From: a virus
IMG/VR virus record: IMGVR_UViG_3300048578_000375
Direction: 5' to 3' (one strand)
DNA: 64,000 bases
The number at the start of each line of letters is the position of its first letter. The stretch's first letter is position 1. Both the position numbers and the translations under genes were made by a program. Under the pieces are notes generated by a model. The model saw only the letters and a program-made list of their open reading frames with translations, was not told the origin of the DNA and ran no database searches. Shown piece by piece: positions 16,539 through 24,390 of the stretch.

Positions 16539-17432
16539 ATGAACGACCTCGCCAAGACGGAAGGTGTGAGCCGCCTTCTGACCAAGCTCGACCCGGCCTC
16601 GCCGGCCTTGCGGCTCGACGGCCCCAAAGACGTCCTCATCAAGGCCGGCACGGTGTTTGCGGGTGTACCGTTCGAGGCGGACACGCCCGTCCGCATGGCG
16701 GAGCTCGTGCCCGGCACCGACTATGTGGTGAAGCTCGAGGATCGCGTGCCGGTTGCGATGAAGGCCGCCGATCTCGGCGACCTCGTTCTCGGCGGCTTTC
16801 ATTTCGCGCCGGGCGGCAACGCGACGGCGCGGACCGGCGGCGACACGGTCGCCGCGATCAACCCCTTCTCGTTGTGGGATCAGGGCTTCCGGCCGGCCTG
16901 CGCCGATCCGTGCGGCATGGTGCTGGTGACGGCGCCGGGTCGGCAGTTCTGGTGCGACATCTACCTCACCGGCGTCGAGCATATGACGATGGGCACCAGC
17001 GCCTTCGATGCCGTGATCGCCGACGGCTATGACCGTCCGATCGATCCTGCGACCGGCAAGCCGTTCAGGCGCTTCGATTATGCCGCGGCCTGCGCCGTGA
17101 TGAAGCGCTACGGCAAGGGGCTCCTCTCGTTCGAGGAGTTCGCGGTCGCCGCCTATGGCGTGACCGAGAAGACGGCCGCGGAGCGCGATCCGCGCACGAC
17201 CGGGCTCGACGCGGCGCGCACCTCGCGCTTCGGCCTGATGCAGGCGACCGGCAACATGTGGGTCTGGGGTCACGATGGCGATCCGGATGAGCCGCGCGCC
17301 TCGCTCCTCGGCGGGTCCTGGCTGAGCGGGGGCCTCGCGGGCTCGCGCTACGCGGACCTCGACGGCTGGGCGGTCAACTCGTACGAGGGCGTCGGCGCCC
17401 GCGGCCGCAGTGATCACCTGCAGCTTGCTTAG
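16539..17432 (+). CDS. mtd: DGR target protein 1, Mtd-like C-type-lectin fold
   Basis: Motifs as recalled for BPP-1 Mtd: GGFH(F/Y)APG.NA, IN..SLWD..FRP, FW.DIYL.GV.H, GARG..DHL; carries VR1 at its 3' end. Confidence 0.9.
   Translation: MNDLAKTEGVSRLLTKLDPASPALRLDGPKDVLIKAGTVFAGVPFEADTPVRMAELVPGTDYVVKLEDRVPVAMKAADLGDLVLGGFHFAPGGNATARTGGDTVAAINPFSLWDQGFRPACADPCGMVLVTAPGRQFWCDIYLTGVEHMTMGTSAFDAVIADGYDRPIDPATGKPFRRFDYAAACAVMKRYGKGLLSFEEFAVAAYGVTEKTAAERDPRTTGLDAARTSRFGLMQATGNMWVWGHDGDPDEPRASLLGGSWLSGGLAGSRYADLDGWAVNSYEGVGARGRSDHLQLA
17291..17415 (+). repeat. DGR variable repeat VR1
   Basis: 125-bp alignment to TR with 14 mismatches, all at TR adenines. Confidence 0.97.
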
Positions 17433-17451
17433 GCGCTGCGACAGCAGCGCC
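17432..17451 (+). promoter_or_regulatory. DGR target-recognition hairpin downstream of VR1
   Basis: GGCGCTGC-GACA-GCAGCGCC (8-bp stem, GRNA loop). Confidence 0.9.
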
Positions 17452-17469
17452 GTTCGGTAGCCGCATCCG

Positions 17470-17970
17470 ATGATCGTGAGGGACGACAATTCAGCGACCG
17501 AAGCTCTGGCGATCGTCGAGAAATACGAGGCCTTCGTGACCTATCTCTATCCGATCCTGCAGACCGCGCCGCGCAAGCATGGCGTCCTCCGCGACACCGT
17601 GCTGGCGGCGCTGTTCTCGCCGATCGGCGGGCTCTACCACGCCGCCAAATCGCGCCAGGTCTCGCGGCTTCACGCCGTCGATGCCGAGTTCGCGACGCTT
17701 CGCTCGTACCTGCGCTTCCTCGCAAGGGGCGACGTCCGGATCCTGACCCCGAAACAGCATGTCGCCGCGCTCGCGCTGCTCGCCGAGCCCGGCCGCATGC
17801 TGGGGGCGTGGCAGCGCAAGCTCGGCACGAGGGGCGATCAACAACGGAATCCGCATGCCGCTGGCATGCGGATGTCGCCCGAGCAGCCCGAGCGAAGCGA
17901 GGGCGCCGCGAACGGCGCAAGCAGGGTTTCGCAAGGCAGCGCCTTGCGAAAGGGAGAGGTGGGGCAATGA
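17470..17970 (+). CDS. avd: DGR accessory variability determinant
   Basis: Basic four-helix-bundle-like protein ending '...EPGRMLGAW'; lies between the target gene and TR. Confidence 0.85.
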   Translation: MIVRDDNSATEALAIVEKYEAFVTYLYPILQTAPRKHGVLRDTVLAALFSPIGGLYHAAKSRQVSRLHAVDAEFATLRSYLRFLARGDVRILTPKQHVAALALLAEPGRMLGAWQRKLGTRGDQQRNPHAAGMRMSPEQPERSEGAANGASRVSQGSALRKGEVGQ

Positions 17971-17974
17971 TGTC

Positions 17975-18099
17975 GCCGCGCGCATCGATCCTCGGCGGGT
18001 CCTGGCTGAACGAGGGCAACGCGGGCTCGCGCTACGCGAACCTCGACAACTGGGCGGACAACTCGAACGAGAACATCGGCGCCCGCGGCCGCAGTGATC
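17975..18099 (+). ncRNA. DGR template repeat (TR)
   Basis: 24 adenines including 7 in-frame AAC codons; matches VR1 and VR2 except at A; followed by a 10-bp hairpin at 18107-18130 and a ~330-nt spacer. Confidence 0.97.
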
Positions 18100-18431
18100 T
18101 CCAGCGCGATCGGCGCGCACGCGCCGATCGTCGCGGGTGCGCTCAGCGCGAAGCGAAGCTTCGTCGCAAAGCGCAAGGCCGCACGTTCGACTGGGGTTAC
18201 GGCTCCGTCGACCGGTCCAGCGCGCTTCGGTCTTCGACCGAAGTCGCGTTGGATATTTTGGGCCAGGGCGATGCCCTGTCCCAAAAATCCGGGGATCAGC
18301 CCATCTATCCTGCCTCGGCAAACACATTGCGCGGTCCGGCAGAGCGGGGCGTAGCGGCCCGGTTTTTGTCCGAAGGACAAAATACCGGCACCGTCGAGAC
18401 CCGCGGCCGGCATTCCTCGGAGGGCCTCGCC

Positions 18432-19433
18432 ATGGCGCGACGCTACCGCAACCTGATCGGCCGGATCACATCGCCCCGCAACATGGACGCCGCGCTCAGG
18501 CTCACGGCGCGCGGCAAGCGGCTGACACCGGGCTACCTCGCCTTCAAGGAGTTCTCCGCGCTGAACCTCGCCGATCTCGCGGCCGACATGGCGAGCGGGC
18601 ATTATGAGTGCGGCGCGCCGCACGAATTCTACATCCTCGATCCAAAGCGGCGGCTGATCTCGGCGCTGCCGTTCCGCGATCGCATCGCGCAGCAGGCGCT
18701 GTGCCTGGTGATCGCGCCGATCTTCGATGCGGCGATGCTGCCGCGCGCCTTTGCCTGCCGGCCCGGCAAGGGGACGCATGCCGGCGTCATCCTGCTGCAG
18801 AGCGACCTGCGCCGCGAAGCTCGCGGAGGCGAGCTGTATTTCCTCAAGACCGATTTCTCGCGCTACTTCGCCTCGATCGAGCGGCCCGTGCTGTGGCGGC
18901 TGATCGAGGCCAAAATCTCCTGCCGCGCCACGCTCGGTCTGATCGAGGCGATGGTGCCGCGCACCGGCATCGGCCTGCCGATCGGCAGCCTGACGTCGCA
19001 GATCTTCGCCAATCTCTATACCGGCGCGACGCTCGACCGGCTGCTGCAGCAGGATCTGGGCGAGCGGCTCTGGTACCGCTACATGGACCACCTCGTCGTG
19101 CTCGGCCGGTCGTCGGCGCATCTCGCGCGCGTCAAGACCGAGATCGAGGCCTATGCCGCGCGCGAGCTCGGCCTGCGCTTCTCGAAATGGCAGATCGCCA
19201 GCACGCGTCGCGGCATCAACTTCCTCGGCTATCGCATCTGGGCCAGCCACAAGCTGCTGCGCCGCGACAGCGTGATCCGCGCCCGGCGCAAGATCGCAGC
19301 GCTGCGCGAGCGTGGCGACGAGCATCGGCTGCAGCAGTTCCTCGCCGCCTGGCTGGGACATGCCGGCTGGGCCGACAGCGCGAACCTCATCAAGAGCCTT
19401 GACCTGCCGCTGCAAAGGGAGAAGCGCGGATGA
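18432..19433 (+). CDS. brt: DGR reverse transcriptase (YMDH variant)
   Basis: 'PKRRLISALPFRDRIAQ', 'KTDFSRYFASI', 'GLPIGSLTSQIFANLY', 'RYMDHLVV', 'GINFLGYRI'; the start at 18432 follows an RBS (GGAGGG). Confidence 0.93.
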   Translation: MARRYRNLIGRITSPRNMDAALRLTARGKRLTPGYLAFKEFSALNLADLAADMASGHYECGAPHEFYILDPKRRLISALPFRDRIAQQALCLVIAPIFDAAMLPRAFACRPGKGTHAGVILLQSDLRREARGGELYFLKTDFSRYFASIERPVLWRLIEAKISCRATLGLIEAMVPRTGIGLPIGSLTSQIFANLYTGATLDRLLQQDLGERLWYRYMDHLVVLGRSSAHLARVKTEIEAYAARELGLRFSKWQIASTRRGINFLGYRIWASHKLLRRDSVIRARRKIAALRERGDEHRLQQFLAAWLGHAGWADSANLIKSLDLPLQREKRG

Positions 19434-19660
19434 ATGATCCGGTCGCATGGATTGATGCCGTCACCGCCGGCCTGGTCTGGCTTCTGATCGGGTCCATCAT
19501 CTGGATGTTGATGTTCTCCGCCGGGATCGTCACGCAATCCCGCCGCGAGGCGTCAAACTTCGCGATCGTGCTGGTCTCGGCAGGCGTGATCATCGCCTGG
19601 CCGCTGGTCGTCCTGGTGTTCATAGGCGGCGTCCTGAGCGCCGCGCGGAGGGTGCGCTGA
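19430..19660 (+). CDS. Two-TM membrane protein
   Basis: Coupled to brt; hydrophobic. Confidence 0.6.
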   Translation: MNDPVAWIDAVTAGLVWLLIGSIIWMLMFSAGIVTQSRREASNFAIVLVSAGVIIAWPLVVLVFIGGVLSAARRVR

Positions 19661-21273
19661 TGGTCGGGCGCATCGAACCGGGTCCGACCCTGATGCCGGG
19701 CGAGCCGCGCTACGAGCGGCTGCGCGAGGCGTTTGCCACCATGAAGCTCGATCCCCTGCAGGACGGCGCACCGATCCATTCGCTCGCGAACCTCCTGCCG
19801 ATGTTGCCGGAGATCCAGCGTCCGGCGTTCCGCCAGTCGCTAGCCGAGCAGGGGCAGAACCATGCCGTCATCTTCCATCGCGGGGTTCTGCTCGACGGCC
19901 GCAACCGCGCCCGCGAGCTGATCGAGCTCGGCCGGCCGATTTCGACCGGGCTGTTTACCGGCACCGATAGTGACGCGCTCGATCTCGTCACCGCGGAGAA
20001 TATCGACCGTCGCCACCTCAACGAGAGCCAGCGCGCCGACTTCGCTGCGCGGGTCGCGGAGTTGAGGATCGGTGCCAACCAGCACACGCGCAAGGCTGCG
20101 CAAAATTGCGCACCCTCGCTGTTTGCCGGAAACCCTCCTGTCGTTGCCGCAGGGGGAACGGACGGAGAGGCGGCCGGGCCGGATGTACGCCCGGATGCCT
20201 CTCCGCCCCAGCCGGAGGCGCCGCCACAGCCGCTGCTGTCTCAGAGCGAGGCGGCGGAAAAGTTCAATGTCAGCCGGCGCCTGGTGCAGATGGCGACCGT
20301 CTATCAGCAGAAAGGCATCCCGGAGCTGTCGGAGAAGGTGCAGGCCGGCGAGCTCGCAGCCTCCGTCGCCGCCGAGATCGCCGCGTTGCCGATCGAGCAG
20401 CAGCGCGAGATCATCGCGCAGGCCGATCCGAAGGCCGTGAAGGAGGTCGCCAAGAAGAACCGCGCCGAGAGGGCAAAGGCCGGCCACCAGCGTCGGATCG
20501 ACAACATGCGCAAGGCCGATGCGACGCCGCTGCTCGACGGCGGCGAAAAGGCCGGTGTGTTCTATGTCGACATCCCCCGCGAGTTCGTCTCCTGGTCGGA
20601 GGAGACCGGCGAGGAAAAGTCGCCGAAGAACCACTATCGGATCGAGAAATTCCAGTTCCTGGCCGACATGCGCGACCAGATCCTGGCGCGCGCCAAGCCG
20701 AATGCCGTGATGTTCATGTGGGCCTGGGCCAATTCGCTGCAGGATCAGCTCGACCTCATGACCGAATGGGGCTTCGCCAGCATCCGCAGGCGCGACGAGG
20801 CTGGGCGGCTCCTGCGCGACGAGCGCGGGGAGGTTCTTCCGCCGGTTGGCGATGGCCGCTACCGCTCGCACCAGGTCTGGGTGAAACGCGCATCCACCGG
20901 CAACCTGCACCGTGGCACCGGCTACTGGTTCATCGACAGCCATGAGCTGCTGCTGGTCGGCGCCCGCGGTGACGTGCCGGCGCCGCTGATGGGCACGCAG
21001 GCGATGAGCGTGATCGAGGCCGTGATCGGCGCGCATTCCGAGAAGCCGAATGAGATCTTCCGCGATCAGCTCGACCATTATTTCCCGGGCGTGCGGAAGC
21101 TCGAGCTGTTCGGCCGGACCGACGACCTCGCCGCCTTCCACAAGCGCTGGCCCGATTGGGAGATCATCGGGAATGACGTCGTCGCGGCGCAGCAAGGCGC
21201 CATCGACAACGCGACTGGTGCGGCGCCTGCGCCGTCGCCAGCGCGCGACACCGACGAGGAGCAGGCGGCATGA
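19660..21273 (+). CDS. ParB-like/HTH N-terminus fused to an MT-A70-family methyltransferase domain
   Basis: 'LLDGRNRARE...EN..RRHLNESQRA'; MT-A70-like 'MFMWA', 'HQVWVK', 'GTGYWF..SHELLLVG.RG', 'HSEKP', 'LELFGR'; DPPW position reads DIPR. Confidence 0.85.
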   Translation: MVGRIEPGPTLMPGEPRYERLREAFATMKLDPLQDGAPIHSLANLLPMLPEIQRPAFRQSLAEQGQNHAVIFHRGVLLDGRNRARELIELGRPISTGLFTGTDSDALDLVTAENIDRRHLNESQRADFAARVAELRIGANQHTRKAAQNCAPSLFAGNPPVVAAGGTDGEAAGPDVRPDASPPQPEAPPQPLLSQSEAAEKFNVSRRLVQMATVYQQKGIPELSEKVQAGELAASVAAEIAALPIEQQREIIAQADPKAVKEVAKKNRAERAKAGHQRRIDNMRKADATPLLDGGEKAGVFYVDIPREFVSWSEETGEEKSPKNHYRIEKFQFLADMRDQILARAKPNAVMFMWAWANSLQDQLDLMTEWGFASIRRRDEAGRLLRDERGEVLPPVGDGRYRSHQVWVKRASTGNLHRGTGYWFIDSHELLLVGARGDVPAPLMGTQAMSVIEAVIGAHSEKPNEIFRDQLDHYFPGVRKLELFGRTDDLAAFHKRWPDWEIIGNDVVAAQQGAIDNATGAAPAPSPARDTDEEQAA

Positions 21274-21845
21274 GCTATCTCACCATGGATCACGCGGCCT
21301 GGGTACAGTGCAATCTTGAAGCTTCCAAGAAGATATTGACGAAAACGGACTTGCGGCGAGCCAAGGAAAAGAGTGAGGGCTGGGCAGCCGCGCCTGGTCA
21401 ACTCAATGAATTTCATAAGCGTGCCTTCACGATCCTCGGCATCGTCGGTGGCGGCATTTACAACGCGCCGATCTCCTGGAAGACCGTGTTCTGGCATCCT
21501 CGGATGATTTCCTGCGCATGGCGTAACGAACTCGGCACGTTTGATTTCAACGCGCTGACTGACTTCGTCTTTCTCTGCCACGCAGCCCGCATCCGAGGTT
21601 CGATCGGGCCTCGCGCCAAGTGCCACATTGAGATCCACCTCAGTGAACGCCGATCCGAAGGCCGGATGTGTGAGAAGCATCCAAGCCTTGAAGAGGCGCT
21701 GACGGCCTGGCATGCGCGATTCCCATCGGACCACACCGTCATCTATCGCAGCGAAACCGATCGGATCGCGGCGAAAGAACTTCCTGCTGCAAACAATCAG
21801 AAAACTGAATCCACCGGCTGCGAGCCGGTCAACATGGGAGCATGA
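21270..21845 (+). CDS. Hypothetical protein
   Basis: 191 aa, coupled, lower GC. Confidence 0.65.
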   Translation: MSYLTMDHAAWVQCNLEASKKILTKTDLRRAKEKSEGWAAAPGQLNEFHKRAFTILGIVGGGIYNAPISWKTVFWHPRMISCAWRNELGTFDFNALTDFVFLCHAARIRGSIGPRAKCHIEIHLSERRSEGRMCEKHPSLEEALTAWHARFPSDHTVIYRSETDRIAAKELPAANNQKTESTGCEPVNMGA

Positions 21846-21848
21846 TAC

Positions 21849-22712
21849 ATGAATCAACTGATCAAGCCGGATCCGACGCTGCCGGCATTGAAAGTCGAGG
21901 GCCTGGCCGATCTTCGGATCAGGGCGGGCATGAGCTTTGCCGGCGTCCGCTTCGATGTCGAGACGGAGGTCGAAATCTCCGGCCTCGAGCCCGGCATGGA
22001 CTACGTCGTCCTGATCCGCGACGGCGCGCCGGTGGCGGTCGAGGCCACGGGCGATGTGGCGGAGGCTCTTGGCGGCTTTCATTTCGCGCCGGGCGGCAAC
22101 GCGGAATCGATCTCCGGCGGTGACGAGGTCCCGGCGATCAACCGGTTTTCGCTATGGGATCAGAACTTCCGCCCCGCCTGCGCCGATCCGCGCGGCATGG
22201 TGCTGGTCACCGGGGCGAAGCATCCATTCTGGTGCGATATCTATCTGACCGGCGTCGATCATCTGATGGTCGGCACCAGCGCCTTCGGTGCCGTGATCGC
22301 CGATGGCGCCAACCCGCCGCTCGATCACGCCACGGGCCAGCCATTCGACGGTTTCAACTACGCGACGGCCTGCGCCGTGATGAAGCACCACGGCAAGGGA
22401 CTGCTGTCCTTCGAGGAGTTCGCGGTTGCCGCCTACGGCGTCACCGAACGATCAGCCGCAAGGAAAGACCCGCGGAAAACGAAGCTCGATGCGCCGCGCA
22501 CCTCGCGCTTCGGCCTGATGCAGGCAACCGGCAACATGTGGACCTGGGGTCACGACGGGCATCCCGATGCGCCGCGCGCCTCGGTCCTCGGCGGGTCCTG
22601 GCTGAGCGAGGGCAACGCGGGCTCGCGCTACGCGAACCTCGGCTACTGGGCGGGCTACTCGCTCGGGGTCATCGGCGCCCGCGGCCGCAGTGACCACCTG
22701 CAACTTGGATAG
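21849..22712 (+). CDS. mtd: DGR target protein 2 (remote), Mtd-like paralogue
   Basis: Full-length paralogue of 16539-17432; carries VR2. Confidence 0.9.
   Translation: MNQLIKPDPTLPALKVEGLADLRIRAGMSFAGVRFDVETEVEISGLEPGMDYVVLIRDGAPVAVEATGDVAEALGGFHFAPGGNAESISGGDEVPAINRFSLWDQNFRPACADPRGMVLVTGAKHPFWCDIYLTGVDHLMVGTSAFGAVIADGANPPLDHATGQPFDGFNYATACAVMKHHGKGLLSFEEFAVAAYGVTERSAARKDPRKTKLDAPRTSRFGLMQATGNMWTWGHDGHPDAPRASVLGGSWLSEGNAGSRYANLGYWAGYSLGVIGARGRSDHLQLG
22571..22693 (+). repeat. DGR variable repeat VR2
   Basis: 12 mismatches to TR, all at TR adenines; pattern differs from VR1. Confidence 0.97.
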
Positions 22713-22731
22713 GCGCTGCGACAGCAGCGCC
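22712..22731 (+). promoter_or_regulatory. DGR target-recognition hairpin downstream of VR2
   Basis: Identical GGCGCTGC-GACA-GCAGCGCC. Confidence 0.9.
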
Positions 22732-22760
22732 CGACAGGATCGGCAAAGGACGGGGCAACC

Positions 22761-23303
22761 ATGAAACAGTCAAAGCTGATGTCGCTGGTCGAGGCTATCG
22801 TCTCCATCCTGGTCGGCTTCGGCATCTCGCTCGCGGCGCAGGCGGTCTTCCTGCCGCTGCTCGGGGTCGAGATCGCCTTTCACCAGAACCTGATCTTCGC
22901 GCTCATCATGACCGCGATCTCGATCGCGCGGCAGTTCGTGATGCGGCGCATCTTCGAGGCGCTGCATATTCGCAGACCGTTGTCGCCGTTCATGCAGGCG
23001 GTCGTCGCAGAGCGCTTCCGACAGGTGGAAATGGAAGGCTTTTCGACAGAGCATGACGACAAGCACGCGCGTGGCGTGCTGGCGTCCGCCGGCGCCGTCT
23101 ACGCACTGAATGGACGGGTGGCCCATGTCGATGATCCGGGCGGCCGTGGCGCAACATCAGTCGGACCGATGGCGTTCTGGCCCTGGGATTCCGAATGGTG
23201 GAAGCCGCAGGACCATCGCCGCAACCTCGTGAAGGCCGCAGCTCTGATTCTGGCCGAAGGCGAGAGATTCGATCGCCAACGGCTGCAGCGGAGGCCCGCA
23301 TGA
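22761..23303 (+). CDS. Two-domain hypothetical protein (membrane N-terminus plus common phage 'ER.RQ...HDD...WPW..LVKAAALI' domain)
   Basis: Hydrophobic first ~70 aa; recognisable second domain. Confidence 0.65.
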   Translation: MKQSKLMSLVEAIVSILVGFGISLAAQAVFLPLLGVEIAFHQNLIFALIMTAISIARQFVMRRIFEALHIRRPLSPFMQAVVAERFRQVEMEGFSTEHDDKHARGVLASAGAVYALNGRVAHVDDPGGRGATSVGPMAFWPWDSEWWKPQDHRRNLVKAAALILAEGERFDRQRLQRRPA

Positions 23304-24124
23304 GCTTCGTCAAGCTGCAGCAGCGCATCCAGTCGGGACCGCCGGTTGCCGATGCGGCGATCGCGTTCAGGATGCGGGCCAAGAGGCGGACCGGCAACGA
23401 GCGTCCGACCTGCTGGATCAGCCTGCGCCACAGCGTGCTCGAGGCCGCCGGCATCGCGGACGAGGCGCCGCGCTTCGACATCGCGATCGGCCAGGGTGAG
23501 CATGACGGCTCGCTCCGGTTGACACCGCGGCCCGAGGGCGTGTTCGCATCGCGGGGGCTGAAGCTCTGGATCGTGATCGATTGCGGCTACATCCCGCAGT
23601 TCGGCGCGGGCGCCCGCGATCGGCAGCCGGTCGAGGTCTCGTTTGCCGACGGCGCATTCACGCTCGTTCTGCCGCGCTGGGAGGCTGCTGGCGATGCGCG
23701 GCCGAAAGCGGCCGACCTCATCGAGAGCCTGGTTGCCGAGGAGGCTCCCGTCGAGCAGGAGACTCCTTCGCGCGCCGTGACGCCGCCGCCAAAACGTATC
23801 GCGATCGGCGCTGCACGATCGGTGAGCTATCACGGCATCATCATCAATCTCACGGAGGGAGCCGAGGCCGTGACCGTCCGCGGTCGCACGGTCGAGGTCT
23901 CGCCGCGCGGCGCGCGCCTGGTCGAGTGCCTGGCGCGCGTGACGCCGAGCTGCGTCGCAGACGCCTTCCTGATCGAAAAGCTTTGGGAGAAGCGGCCGGT
24001 CGGCGCGGAGACCCATCTCGAGATGCTCTGCCGCGACCTCGGAAGCCTGAAGAAACTCGGCCTCGAATTGCGCAACCAGCGCGGGATCGGGCGGCAGATC
24101 GTGATGACGGAGGCGAAGAAGTGA
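23300..24124 (+). CDS. Hypothetical protein with a probable C-terminal winged helix
   Basis: 'VEVSPRGARLVECL....FLIEKLW...LRNQRGIG' resembles an OmpR-type wHTH. Confidence 0.55.
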   Translation: MSFVKLQQRIQSGPPVADAAIAFRMRAKRRTGNERPTCWISLRHSVLEAAGIADEAPRFDIAIGQGEHDGSLRLTPRPEGVFASRGLKLWIVIDCGYIPQFGAGARDRQPVEVSFADGAFTLVLPRWEAAGDARPKAADLIESLVAEEAPVEQETPSRAVTPPPKRIAIGAARSVSYHGIIINLTEGAEAVTVRGRTVEVSPRGARLVECLARVTPSCVADAFLIEKLWEKRPVGAETHLEMLCRDLGSLKKLGLELRNQRGIGRQIVMTEAKK

Positions 24125-24390
24125 GCCAGCAGATCGGTCGCCTCGCGATGCGCCACGAAGGCGCGATGTGGAATGCCTATTATGCCAGGACCGGCACGAT
24201 GGATGGTGCGATCCTGCTCGGATCGATCGCGATGCGTTTCGTCGTGAAGGATCCGGCGCGCAAGTCCGCATTCATGGACATGATGCGGGAAGCCGTCGCC
24301 GACCTGATCGAGGACGAGACGGGACAGCGGCCAACCTGGCCGGAAGATCCGCGCAGGGCACCGGAATCTGAAAGGTCCGGGCATGCGTGA
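24121..24390 (+). CDS. Hypothetical protein
   Basis: GTG start, coupled on both sides. Confidence 0.55.
   Translation: MSQQIGRLAMRHEGAMWNAYYARTGTMDGAILLGSIAMRFVVKDPARKSAFMDMMREAVADLIEDETGQRPTWPEDPRRAPESERSGHA

Noticed and set aside
15876-17489. Long antisense ORFs such as 15876-17489, 17838-19448, 24272-26188, 29092-30810, 1343-3049 and 56456-57745
   Set aside because: Arg/Ala/Gly-rich shadow frames opposite well-supported genes, typical of high-GC DNA; no recognisable motifs.
17808-18431. N-terminal extension of the RT (541-aa ORF)
   Set aside because: This frame runs through the end of avd, the TR and the spacer; TR is open because it mirrors the VR frame. RT homology and an RBS begin at 18432.
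18432-19433. Group II intron or retron RT
   Set aside because: No maturase/endonuclease domain or msr-msd; avd, TR and A-specific VRs define a DGR.
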